Assembly: GCA_000388065.2 (NCBI GenBank)
Contig: KB932201.1
DNA: 64,000 nucleotides
Source of the DNA: Fonticula alba ATCC 38817
Taxonomy: Eukaryota > Protista > Nucleariida
Strand: one strand, 5' to 3'
A program made the translations under genes and the position numbers. Shown here piece after piece: positions 27,601-39,616 of this stretch (positions within the stretch are counted from its first letter, which is position 1; each line of letters starts with the position of its first letter). The notes beneath the pieces are model-generated. The model was not told the origin of the DNA. It saw only the letters and a program-made list of their open reading frames with translations, and did not search any database.

Positions 27601-28474
27601 GCCGGTGCCTGGCCAGACGGATTCCGGTGATCCTTGCGACGGTACCCTTGGCGGATCGGACAGCAGTGACTCCGGCTGGGGCACCGGCCCCGCAAATCCC
27701 ACGAGCCGTGCCGATGCTTCGAGCGTCTCCCCTTCCCAGCTGATGGCTGCCTACAAGAGCGACCTTCAACGGGACCTCCAAAAAAAGAGTGCCCAAACCC
27801 TGAGCAACTCCTTGACCCCCGGGGGAGCGGCCTACTCACCAGCAAGCTCCTCGAGCGGACCGACGACTTCCACTTCGGTGGCTTCATCCCTGGCCTCGCT
27901 GACGTCCTTCCGGAGCGTCACCGATGCCGGCCTCGGCGCCTCGAGTGGCCCTCACTCGGCGTCAGCCTCCTCCGAGACGATTTCCCTCCCGGGGAATGGC
28001 CTCGCCGGCGGTGTTGCCAACAGCGGCAGCGGCAGCGGTGTCAACATCAGCACCGGGGGGGACGTGCTGAATGTGGGATTGGCCGCGGTCGCTGATGGCC
28101 TCTCCAGCATGGGCGCCGTCATTCCGGTTGCCAACGCAGCCGGCATGGCAGCCGGCACCACCACTGTCACCGCCGCCGCCGCCGTTCGGGCCATGAAGTC
28201 CAGCGCCAGCAGCGACGTCCTAGATGCCGATGGCCGGTTCAGCCAGTACAGCCATCTGCTGAACTCCGGGTCGGCCTCCTTCGAGGAGGATTTCTCCGAC
28301 GTCGGATACATGCGCCGCTTGCGGCAGATGGTCATCGATCGCACGATGTTCGTCAAGTCCCGCCGGGCCATCCTCCTGGAAGATGTGGCCTCCGGCTTGG
28401 CCGAGAACCGGTGGGTGTTCCTTGATGAGTCGGAGCTGGTGGAGGGGGTCAGTCCTGGCCACCTTGGGACCTGA
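24645..28474 (+). CDS. ARIH1: Ariadne-family RBR E3 ubiquitin ligase
   Basis: Acidic N-terminus, UBA-like segment (WQRDKILEKYF), RING1 (CDIC..CQHTYC..CW), IBR (CPTPDC..C..C..CF.CS..DHRPTPC), RING2 with catalytic GGCNH (CPKCHASIEKFGGCNHISC..CHHDFCWVC), Ariadne domain (LDRYVHYFTRYSNH..FESNQRDLEYAVESL); several GT-AG introns. Family certain, ARIH1 vs ARIH2 orthology not resolved. Confidence 0.94.
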
Positions 28475-28834
28475 AACCCCGCGGCTCGGGCCCGGCCTGG
28501 CTGTCGGGGCGCCACATGTGTGCTTCGCTCTCCGAGGTCGAGGAAGGCAATCTCGCAACCATAGAAGGGGCAATACATTCACATGAGCACAGCCACTCCC
28601 ACTCTGGCACGTACGCACAGGCACCACAAAGCAGACACCGCACATCGCGACATGGCTTGATGTCCATTTATTTGTGGCGATGTCCCAACATAAGGCAGGG
28701 GCCGGGTCGTGTCCGACGGGTGGATGCGCGCTTTCGGCGGGGGTCTATTGAAGGGCGAAGTGAATGGGGGCAAGGCATGAAGGGTGAAGAGGGAGGGGGA
28801 AGGGAAAGAGAGACTGGCAATCGAGGTGTGGAAA

Positions 28835-31800
28835 TCATTTGGAGGATCGAGAGGCGCCGGGTGAGGGAGATCTCGAGCCGGAGGAGCGACGACGCCGGCG
28901 TCGGCGCTTCCGCGAATCGACCTGGCTCTCAGGCCCCGGGGAGAGGGAGCCCCGTCGCCGATGGCGGCGTCTCTCCCGACGGTCGGGCTCGGAGCTGCCA
29001 GAGCGACGATGTCGGCCCCGGCTGCGAGCCGGCGGACGTTCCACGAACAGCTCCATCAGGTTGCCCTCACCGGCCAGGGCAACCAAGGGGAGGTCCAATT
29101 CACCGGGAGCCACCGTCGGCAGGGGTGGCAGATGTAGCAGGTCATCAGTCATGCTGGCGGGGCCGGCTGCCGGAGCAGTGGGCCCGTCTGACGGAGCCGG
29201 TGCAGTCATGATGACCTTCGAAGGCTCCGGTTCTGGCTGCTGGGCATTTGGGACACTTCGTGGTGCGGGAGGTTCATGGGTGGATGGTTGCTGCGCGGTG
29301 GTGGCCGGCTGCAAAGGCAAAGCCGGCTCGATGGAGGCACTAGTCTCGGTGTCGGAGTCCGAAAGGTCCGAAGCAGAGATCTCACTCTCGGCACCAAAAA
29401 CCTCGTTGAAAAGGTCCAGAAAGGCGGACTCCGCCGCGCCCACATCAACCGATGGCCGCTCCAACGGGGCAGCGACCGGGACACCCACTGCAGGGTCCGT
29501 CGGAGGGGGAGTGCCATCACCCGCAGCCGAGGGGGAAGGGGGAGCGGGCTCCTGCGCCTCGGTCACCGAAGAGGGTGGTGTGTCGGCGCGCGCCACGGGC
29601 ATGATGGGCGCCGATGTGGAGGGTGCAAGGGTGGCAGGCACAGGGACATCGACCGCGGCCGGACCAGCTGGAGCAGGTGTCGGGCGCAAGAGCATTGGGG
29701 TCGGCGGGCAGAAGCCGTCCGGTAGTGCCAGCACCGACGGCCCGGCCGGAGCCGCTGGTAGGGGGCCCAATAGCACGGGGGCCTTCTTCTGAAGGAGGGG
29801 ATTGGCAACCGGCCGAGAGCCAGGAGTCGCCACCGGTCCTGCTTGGCCATTTGCTGTTGCTGCGGCTGCCTTCGCCGCCTCCGTCGCCACTGGGGGCTTC
29901 AGACCAAAGCGCTGGCAGAGCAGAGGCTCGGGCTTCCAGGGGATCACTGTCCGCCCGCCGGCCGGCCGACCGCGGTCATTGAGATCGCGCGCGCGTAGAG
30001 GTCCAGAGCCAGCAGCGACTGAGATGTCACCCCCCTCGGTCGCAGAGCGCCGGGCCACATCATCTGGTAGGTCGCGCGCTGAGACGAAGATTTCCTCCAG
30101 CTGCGGGCCACTCCACAGTAGTCGCCAGGCATCCTTGCCGGCATAATCGAAATCCCGCCCAGGAGGTTGGACGGAGGCATCGCCACCAGGCGCCGGGCGG
30201 AGTAGTCCATCCAAATCGACGCCCTGCTGCTGTTCATATTGTTGTTGTTGTTGTTGTTGTTGCTGCTGCTGCTGCTGCTGTTGACTTGAGGCAGCGTCCG
30301 GGTCCAATTCGGCGCCCTTCTCCATCAGAGCACGAGAGGCATGGGGGGCGAATGTGATGCCGATAGTCTGCTGCTGCTGCTGCTGCTGCTGCTCCAGGCT
30401 CAGCTGAAGAGAGGGCCTATTGTGAAACATGTCAAAAGGGAAGAAGGAAAGAAGTTAGACCGCAGTGCAAGACCGGATCGGATCCCCCCCCCCCCCATCC
30501 CTCCGCAACCCGCCTCGCAGTCCTTCGCCCGATCTTCCCGTCCCCCCCCCCTCCCTCCTCTCCCTGCCATCCAGAAGGGCCAGCGAGTTCTGACGCACAT
30601 GTGAAGGAAGGCCACGAGGACACCAGTCCACTTGGTGTGAAAGGCCGGGGCCAGAAGCAACAAAAAGGCATTTCGTGCCATGTCCTCACGCTCGAGGCCG
30701 GCATACTCCGGAAGGATACCCCCGTCGGAGGTATTCCCACTGGCGGCGATAGCCGACAAGACTTGATCAGTGTTTTGCACTGCGCGACGAGAGTCTTGGT
30801 ACTTGGAGGCCATGCGCTCAAGCGCGTCGGCCAGCCCGCCGCCGCCGCCGCCGCCACCGGGCCTTGACGAGGACCCACCCCGTCCACCAGGCCCAGAGCC
30901 CCGGGCTTCGGCGAGGGAAAATTCCTCATCCGAATCAATGTACTCCATGTCATCAAAGTCCCCGGACAGGGACATGCTCTGGGCGGTGGGCAGCTGGTGT
31001 CGAACAAGGGCTTGTGTTTTTTTGGCGGTCGTGGCCAGCTCTCGCCCGGTGAGCATCTCCACCGGATCCTCATCCAGGTCAGGCATTTCCTGACTGGGCC
31101 CCGGGCCGCGGGCCAGAGATCCAGATAGGTGCAATCCGAATGGAACGGCGCGAATGTGCTCTCCGATAGAGGCAGGCACCTTTATCCCAAAGACGGTGGC
31201 CAAGTGGGGGGCTTGAGGGTAGGAAGGGCGGGGGAGGGGGCAATGCCATGGGGGCGGGGGGGGGGGGGGAATGCCAAGAGCCTTAGTACCAAACAAAGAG
31301 ACTACCGTGATACCGGGGCTCGGAGAGCGGGAAGTGGGGAGAACGCACCCACGCGGAAGGCGTTCGGGTCGGTGGGCGTGGCGAACAGATCACCACCCTC
31401 AAGGGAAGCCGCTGCTTCGGTGGCTGCGCGCCCCGGGTCGCCCGAGGCCACCGGACGAAACTCCGGCCGAATGGAGATCCGCCCGAAATCCAAGATGTCC
31501 CGGTCGTCCAGCATGCCAAAGAAGGCTCGCGCGTCGGCATCCTCCGAGCGGGCGCCCGTGGCCGCTGGCCGCGAGGCGGACGACACAAAAGAGCGCGGTC
31601 TAAAGCTATCCTCCTCGAAGCCGTCCTCCTCTTCATCCTCCTCGTCCTCCTCGCGGTCTCCGTGATAGTGGTCCCCGGAGCTGGCCCGGGTGCGCACTGG
31701 CCGGCGTCGACGCCGTGCGGCCGCACTCTCCAGGTCCCCGCCACGCCCTTCAAACCAGGACCCATGGTGAGCACCGGCGCGACGACCGCCAGCCTGCCCA

Positions 31801-31907
31801 GACCGGTCATCTACGGCTGTCTGTTTGGCATAGAGGGCCGAGAGGGGAACGGCGCCGGCGGACTCCACCGAGCCGAGTCGAGTGCCAAGTGGGACGATCT
31901 GGGCCAT
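28835..31907 (-). CDS. GPATCH1: Divergent GPATCH1-like spliceosome-associated protein, 3 exons
   Basis: Exons 31907-31349, 31301-30599, 30416-28835 in phase. Motifs VPLGTRL, FRPRSFVSS, MLDDRDILDFG, RTVIPWKPEPLLCQRFG (cf. recalled TFEWHPDKLLCKRFN), FLDLFNEVFG and an R/S-rich tail occur in GPATCH1 order. Confidence 0.65.
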
Positions 31908-32604
31908 GATCGACTGGAGACGAGACCTCCCCTTTGGGCGAGGGAGGCGAAAGGGGGTGAGGCTGCTCGGCGGAGAAGATGTGCTTCGATGGCCAGGCGG
32001 AGAGGGACGCGGGAGTAGGGAAAGACAGCGAGACGAGGAGGGGGAGAGAGCGAGAGACGGAAAGTCAGAGAGAGGGAGGGGCGGAGGAGCAGCGAAAAAT
32101 AGACAGGGCGACTGGTGCGCTATGCCCCCCGTCCCACCGGCCACCGGCAATCAGTCCGCCTCGAGAAAGGACCCACCCACGCACATCAGCGTCCTTGATC
32201 GATTAGGTCCCAACGTACGGGGCTTCCGCACGCGCGCCCCCCTAGACCCCAGTGCCCGGTCCAGGGGGGGGGGGGGGGGGGGGGATAGCAACCATGACCG
32301 ATTCTGTCTGATCGGCGAGCACGCGAGTCGCCGTTAGAAAATCCCCGCGCCCCAGAAGTGGGCGGAGGAGACCCCTGTGGCGCTCGCCCGTCGCGCTCGC
32401 CCTTCGCATGGTCAAAAGGCTGGTGCCAGATCGAGCTCACCTGTGAAGTACACTCTGCGTATGCGCCTGTGCCCCTCTCTCTCTCTCTCTCTCTCTCTCC
32501 CTCTCTCGCCCCGGCTCCCCTGTTTCTTCGCCCCTCTGCACCTTCTCCGCCCATTCGCGTCTCCCCACACATACTCCCCACTATCGCCCGCATACGCAGC
32601 CAAG

Positions 32605-33576
32605 ATGGACCTCCTGCGGATAGTCGCCCAGTCGCGCATCTTTGCGCCGTTGACGCTCTTTGTCACGCTGCTCTTTGCGCCGCTGCCCTTCTCGGTGCCG
32701 CGCCTGTCGCTACCGATGCCGCAACTTCTGGCACTCCCCTCACCGGCGGACATCAACCACTTGCTGGATGGAGCGTCGCGTGAGCTGGCCGTGTGGATCC
32801 CCTCACCGAAGACCAACTTCACCTTCGCCGATCTGGTGCAGGACATTGTTCAGCGCCTGCGGCCCTACTTCGAGCCCCTTCCCCGGGGAGACTATGATGC
32901 CAGGGTGGCCCAGGAGGCTGGTCGGTCGACCGACCCGCATCCCTCGGAGGAGGAGGAAGCCGCCAGCCAGGCGGCCTACGGGACGCCGAGAGAGGCCACT
33001 CACGAGGTCAACCAGTCTGCCGATCCCCCAGCCGGGGAGTCCGATATGATTCCGTCTTCGGAGGAGGAGGAGGAGGCCGCCGCATGCGAGACTGATGCCC
33101 CGGGGGAGGTCCCCGTCCCGGAGCCCGACACGTCGACCGACTGCGAGGCTGACGAGCCGGAGGTTGTGCATGAGGAGTCGCCGGCCATGTATGAGGAGCC
33201 GGGGATCACCCCCGAGGCCGCGCCCGAGGAGCCGCCCGAGGAGCCCCTCGAGGTTGTGCCTGAACAATCGACTCCCGAAGAACCTGTGGTTGAAATTCCT
33301 CCTGAGCCTGAGCCTGAGCCCGAGCCTGAGCCTGAGCCTGAAATGTCCAGCGGCTGCACGACTGCCGAGCCGGAGGTAATTCCCGCCCCACATACCCCCT
33401 CGAAGGCCGCGGCCGCCCAGCCAGTTGTTGCATCGCCTAGTCGGGAGGAATTCGACATGTTGACTGCCGAGCAAAAGGATCTGCGTGTGTTGCCGCTTGC
33501 CTCCATTGGGCTGATGATTGTCTGTGCTCTGGTTATCTTCGCCATCCTCGGCCTCCTCTTCGGTGGGCGCGGCTGA
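32605..33576 (+). CDS. Hypothetical membrane protein: N-terminal hydrophobic segment, acidic Pro/Glu-rich linker, C-terminal TM helix
   Basis: Single open frame from ATG 32605 (323 aa) with coding-like codon usage; hydrophobic IFAPLTLFVTLLFAPLPF and LPLASIGLMIVCALVIFAILGLLFGG; (PE)n repeat near 33300-33340. Confidence 0.75.
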   Translation: MDLLRIVAQSRIFAPLTLFVTLLFAPLPFSVPRLSLPMPQLLALPSPADINHLLDGASRELAVWIPSPKTNFTFADLVQDIVQRLRPYFEPLPRGDYDARVAQEAGRSTDPHPSEEEEAASQAAYGTPREATHEVNQSADPPAGESDMIPSSEEEEEAAACETDAPGEVPVPEPDTSTDCEADEPEVVHEESPAMYEEPGITPEAAPEEPPEEPLEVVPEQSTPEEPVVEIPPEPEPEPEPEPEPEMSSGCTTAEPEVIPAPHTPSKAAAAQPVVASPSREEFDMLTAEQKDLRVLPLASIGLMIVCALVIFAILGLLFGGRG

Positions 33577-34334
33577 AAGGACCCTGTGCACACCTCTGCC
33601 CCCTTTTTTTCTTCTCCCTCTTACTGGTTCTTCTCCCGCCACCGCTGCCGCCACCGCCTGTGTATTAGATAATAGTGACTTGTTTTTTNNNNNNNNNNNN
33701 NNNNNNNNNNNNNNNNNNNNNNNNNNNNNNNNNNNNNNNNNNNNNNNNNNNNNNNNNNNNNNNNNNNNNNNNNNNNNNNNNNNNNNNCTCCCGCCCTCAC
33801 ACCTGGGTCTCACAAGCCCGGGGCAGATGTCTGCCTGCTCTCTCTCCCCACAGGGGGATCGACTGCTGTCTCTCCTCTGCCGTAAGAAGAGGGGTGATTG
33901 GTCCGGATGGATACATGAAGGCCGGCTGCCACAGGGGGCGCAGGCACGAGGTGGTAGCGGGGGGTCTGTATTGTTGACCATTGGCTCTCCATGGCGAAGG
34001 GAGGGAGGGTGGAGGAGGCTGCGAAGGAAGGGAACATGTTGATGGGAGAAACAGGCAGCACACGGGGGCACTTAGCAGGCAACAAAGACCGCACTGACCG
34101 AGAGAAAAGGCGAGGCCTCATTTGGTCTTCGACGACCGGATGTCCTTTTTTCCGGTTGCCAAAAGACACCCTCCTCGGACAGCAACAGGCTCCTGCTCAG
34201 GAGCCGCCTCGCGTGCGTGCGTGCGTGCGTGCGTGCGGCCGTCAGTTCGTGCTACCGGTCTGCTTGGTGCCCAAATACACTAAAACCATGCCAAGTCTGT
34301 CCATGGGGGATAGGTGAAAGGGGACACACAACAT

Positions 34335-34368
<34 letters not shown>

Positions 34369-34369
<1 letters not shown>

Positions 34370-37300
34370 CAGGGGTGCTCGATGACCACGAGGTCCTCAT
34401 CCTCGACATCGCTCTCAACAATGACCACATCCACAAGGTGGCTATCCTCGTCGCCCTCCTCCCCCTCCCTATCCGAGGGGAAGGTGGTGGAGGGAACAGT
34501 CATTGTCGAGACCCGGGGATCGGCGGAACTCCCGACACTCGGCGACGGACAATGCCCGGTGGTGGTGGTGCTGGTGGTGGTAGTAGCGGCCGTGGCGGCC
34601 GCCCCCCCACGTAGCCACCTCACAAGAAAGGTGTCGGGAAATTGCCGGATCCCATCCTCGCTGTTGATGGCTGGGGCATGGGCCGGGAGCCGATCGCTCG
34701 CGGCCACGGCACCATGATCAGGCTGCAGAGTACCCACAGCCGGGGGGCGTGCGGCAGGGCGGAATCGCCCGGCCGAAGCACGCCCCTGCTCGCTGGAGTC
34801 CAGCGCCTCGATCACCTCCCAAAGCCGGCTCTCCAGATGGAACGATTCGTCCGTCCCCGGGCCATCGTCGTTCACAGAGCCCACATGCTCCCCGGCGGTT
34901 GGGACAAAGTGCCAGTCCCCGGGACGGTCAGTAGCCAGGTAGGCTGGCGGAACAGCATCATCGGCAGACGCCTGCTGTGGTGCCACCGAGTCGTGTCCCC
35001 CCAAGGGCAGCGAGGCAGCGCCAATGCGCCCGACGTGGCCACTCGAACGGCCAACACTCCGGGGCCCGGTGAAAAGGTTGTCCCGGTCCCCGGCGAAATC
35101 CTCCTGGCTGGCGGTAGCTGTGGAGGCGGTGGAGTCGGCCTGGTCATCGACGAGGACAACGACCTGGCTGTTGCGCCGAGTGGTGGCCGGTGCGCCGGAA
35201 AGCGGGTGGATGGTCAGGTTCTCGCGCGAGGAGGAGGGCGACGTGCGACTTGACCAATCCGAGCGCGGGGCAGTCGGAATGGACACCCAGGCCATGTGGG
35301 TGTCCATCAGCTCCAGCAGCTCGGACTCCAATTGATGATTGGCCGATGGCGAAGAGGGAGAAGCGGAGGTGACACTGGCCGGTGAGGAGGGCGACCGGAG
35401 GGGCAACACCAGGGTCACGGACATCCCGGTCGGGGGGGGCTGGAAGGCCGCACGCGCTTCGCCACTGCCCGCAGGCGGAGGGATGGCCGCCAGCAGGGCT
35501 GCCAGATGGATATCATCCCCGGATCCCGCATACAAAAGACGATCACCGAGAGACCGATGGCCGGTTGCCGGCGAGGGGGGATGACCGCCGGGCGCGACAC
35601 CAGGCGGCGGTGATGCCGGCGCAAAGAACCCGGCACCCTCGGTGTGCAGAGCAGCACCCTGAGGAGGGCCATCGGACCGGCCCGACTCGTCCTCGGAGGA
35701 AGTGGAACCCGAGTCGGCTCCGCCGCCGATCCAGAAGGGACGGAGCTCGGCAAGGCGAGCCTCCAATCCTCGCGGGTGCAAGTCCCCCCAGGGGGCGCCG
35801 AGGATCTCGGTGGCTGGAGGAGTCGGGGCAGAGCCGCCGACATCCGGCGACAGGCCGCTGGTCCCGGAAGTGGGAGAGATCAAGGCCATCAGCGAGTCGG
35901 ACGAGAGGAACTCCGGGGTCGGGGCCGCACGAGCGGCAACATGCGGGAATGCGGCCATCAGGTCGCCCTCGCCTCCGGTGGAAAGTAGCCCATTCAGCGG
36001 AGGGAAGGCGACCGAGGCAGAACCCGGAGGAGCAACGGCCGGTGCTGCCATCCAGGTTGGCCGCGCGGTGATGGATGCCAGCTGCTGGTGTAGCAGCAGA
36101 TCAGCCAGCTTGGCGGCCGCGGGTGACCAGGCCGATGACACCGGACTGCGCGGGCTACTCCCTGGCGCCGGCCACAAACACCGGAGGCACGGGCCGCCGA
36201 CGAGGGCAGGCGCCTGCCCCTCCGAGGGAGATCCATCGCCAGAAGACGCCTCAAGGCGTGGCGAACGCGACCCCAGCTCGGGTGGCTGGCTTGGTGCCAG
36301 CTCGCACATGCATGTCACGTCCAGCGGGGCCGGGGCCGGAGCACGGCGCCGTCCCGGGAGACCGGTGTCCTGGTCGACGGTGGTCGACATCTCCTGGCGA
36401 GCCATGCGCTGATACTCGCCAAGTGACAGCATGTAGCGCACCATGCGCTCGTAGTGGCCGGCACCGCCGGCCTGGGTTCCGCGCGAGGTTTGCCCATCAG
36501 GGCCAATCTCGGGGACATCCTCATCGCGATACGCCGAGGAGAAGGACACCCGCCGGTGGGAGCCGCGCTCGAGGGCGGGCCTGGTCGGCCGAACGGCTGG
36601 ACGCGTCTCCGGGGCCACCTTAGACAGTGAGGCCATGCTGCCGGTGAATCGGCGCCGGCGCTCAGGGACCTCGGTTTGGACGCCGATCTCGCGACTACCG
36701 TCGGCCTTTGATGACATGGACGACGTGGCGGGGATGCGCAAAGCGCCTGGAAGGACTTCGGCCCGGACCGGTGGCTCCTCGCCATCGATGGTGCACGCGA
36801 GCCACTCGAGAGCCGAGGACGCGATTTTGGCCGGGCCCCGAAGAAGCTGCTCAGCACGCTCACTCAGGCTGCGAATCCCATCATCAAGGTGCCGTGGCGA
36901 AAGGAAGGTTGCCGCTGTGTGGAGAAGATCCTCCTGCTCCAGGAACGAGCGTGCCGGTGAGGCACTGGGATTGATGTGGGCACTGGCGGCGGCACGGGCC
37001 GCCTCGGTCGGGCAGGCCTCGCCAGGAGGGAAAAGAGCTCGCGCGGCCAGGGGCAAAAGCCCGGAAGCTGGAGTGGCCTCACTCCGCGAGTCGGAGATGG
37101 CACTCTCCACTGCACGATACATGGACGAGGCAAAGTCCGACACGCGGCTGATCACCACCGGGTCCAGACCGGGGAGCAGGGCATCACGGATCGGGAGGGG
37201 GGTCGGGGCGGCCGGCTCACTGGCTGAAGATGGGACGAAGTCGCCCATGGACTGGACACTCGGTTGGGCGGGGCACTCGGCAATCAGCTCGGTGGCAGGG

Positions 37301-38316
37301 GGCTCAGTGACAGCTGGCTGGGCGACAACAGGCTCGGCGGTGGCGGGCTCGGCGGTGGCGGGCTCGGCGGTGGCGGGCTCGGGGGTGGCGGGCTCGGGGG
37401 TGGCGGGCTCTGCAGTAGTCTGCCTGGGGAGGAGGGCACCAGATGGATGCATCGGAGCCGGCTCCTCTGAGGCGCGGCCCTCCTCCGGCAGGTCGATCTC
37501 CCCCTCGAAGCGCAGGGCATCCAGGATTTGGGGCATCTCAATAACGACACTGGTCAGGCTGAAAGGCTCGGGAGGAGGACAGGAGGATGCCTCCTCGGGG
37601 ACATCCTCCACCGGGGTCATGCGCGGGAGAAGATGCTGGTCCTCGGCCACCGAGAAATCGATGGTCTCGCGCTCATCAATGTAGCTCTGGGCCCGAGGGA
37701 AGTATCCGGGCAGACGATGGCCCTGAAGCAAGTGGGATGGGTCCGACACGCGGACCGCCGCCGGGGCTGGAGGAAGGCGAACCGAGGACACGAGGGCGGG
37801 AACGGTAGCCAGTGGACTATGACCAGTCACACTTGCCAGGTCCATGCCAGGGGAAATTGGCGCCATCTGGGATTGATCCATGTGCAGGCTCGATGGAGTG
37901 GCGAAGTGCCCAGCGGCGGATGCCAAATCGAAGGACCGGATCTCCGGGAAGCTGACGCTGAAGGGCTGGTATCCGGATTGGTTGGAGGTACTGGCAAACA
38001 TGCAGGACGCCGTGGTCGGGGAAGAGCCACATAGGAGAGTCAGGTCAGTCCCCGGCATGGAAACCTCGTAATACATCATCGACACGGAAATGGGAGGCTG
38101 CGACTGTGACTGCGGCTGCGGCTGCGGCTGCGGCTGCGGCTGCGGCTGCGGCGGTGGCTGCGAGGTCGGCTGGGATTGCGGCTGGGAAGGTGGTTGTTGC
38201 ACGGAAGGTGTGGAGGGAGATGCAGGGGGTGATGCGCCTGGCGCGGAGCCAGGGGCACCGTTGCACTCCTCGGGGTCGGACATGGCCCTGGAGCCAGGGG
38301 GAGAAGAGTCAGGCAT
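34369..38316 (-). CDS. Hypothetical 1315-aa largely low-complexity protein
   Basis: 3.9-kb uninterrupted ORF starting at ATG, free of the microsatellite/poly-C texture of introns; (PQ)n and TAEPA/TPEPA repeats; no family recognised. Confidence 0.75.
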
Positions 38317-39040
38317 CGACAGGACTATATGTATGGGGAGGGTTAGTTTAATAGAAGAGAGGGGAAGTCATGTCTGGAGCTTGGAAATAAAGAGAGAGAG
38401 AGAGAGAGACGGAGAAGAGGAAAAGAGGGAAGGAGGGAAGGAGGGAAGGAGGGAACGAGGGAAGGAGGGAAGGAGGGAACGAGGGAAAGAGAGAGAGAGA
38501 GAGAAAGAGAAAGAGAAAGGATGAGGGAATATATCGGGGACAGTTGTGTTTACGTGCGCGTCTTGAGAGTGTTTGTGTGCTTCCGCGGATGCGGCTGGGA
38601 GTGCGTAATGCGGAGGGGAAAGAGGGGAGAAATGTGTATGGAGGACCCTCCCCCAACAGGAGGGAACTTGGCGGGAGGGGGCCCTTGAGTGTCCCTGCTG
38701 CATCCGGCGGCCCCCGCTGGCCGGGCCCCCCTAACGCGCAGACCCACCCCCCAAGAGCAAAGGAAGGGGGAGACTCGCGTCACGAACTGCAGGCGGGCAA
38801 TCGCTCAGATCATTGAGGCGAGGGGAAAGCGGGGGAGGGGTCTTACACATTCTGCCATGCGAACAACATTGGGCCTGCCACACGCGCGGGGTATGGCGAG
38901 ATCTGTCCCGGCATGCCAGATCGATTCGCGAGCAAGAAGGCCCGGCCCCGAGACAGGTTCGAGTCGAGATCTCGGGTAGAAGCGTCCGTGCAAGATCTCC
39001 GGGATCGTGCTCTCTGCGAATAGAGCAACAGGGGGGACGA

Positions 39041-39072
<32 letters not shown>

Positions 39073-39585
39073 ACACACATACACACACACACAAACTCCC
39101 GTACTCCCGCATGTGCGCACGCGTGCACGTTGAACAATCGGCCCGGCTCCAAGAACCCTTTGCCGTGAATGATGCGGAGGCTCGTCATGCTATCTCCGGG
39201 ATCTCCACCGCGCGACCACAGTCGGTGAAGGGCAAACGAACGGAGCCCACCCACATTCTCCGACCCCTGGCCCGAGGCCGCCCGGGCACACGCCATGGCC
39301 TTTTTCACCCAGCCAGGTCACCTTTACCGTCCCCGAGGGTGGGGGAGCGCATGGGCGGCCCCGCCACAGGGGCGCCCTGGCAAAGACCCCGCACTGACCC
39401 CCCCCCCCTTTCCCGAACATAGGAGGGCCGAGTGCGTAGAGACCCCAGCTGCCGATCAACCACCGAGGAGTAGGCCCCTCCGCTTCGGAAATCTACGCCA
39501 GGGGGGGGGGGAGGCGGCGCATTCGCACAGGCGCCGACTCGGCTCCCGATTGCAGGCTGGACCGAGGCGCGGAGAGGATGCAGGC

Positions 39586-39616
<31 letters not shown>

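Noticed and set aside
37331-37410. Regular 15-bp tandem repeats, also 18-bp units near 46145-46215
   Set aside because: In-frame coding repeats (TAEPA/TPEPA; YQPQQQ) without unique spacers, so not CRISPR or satellite.
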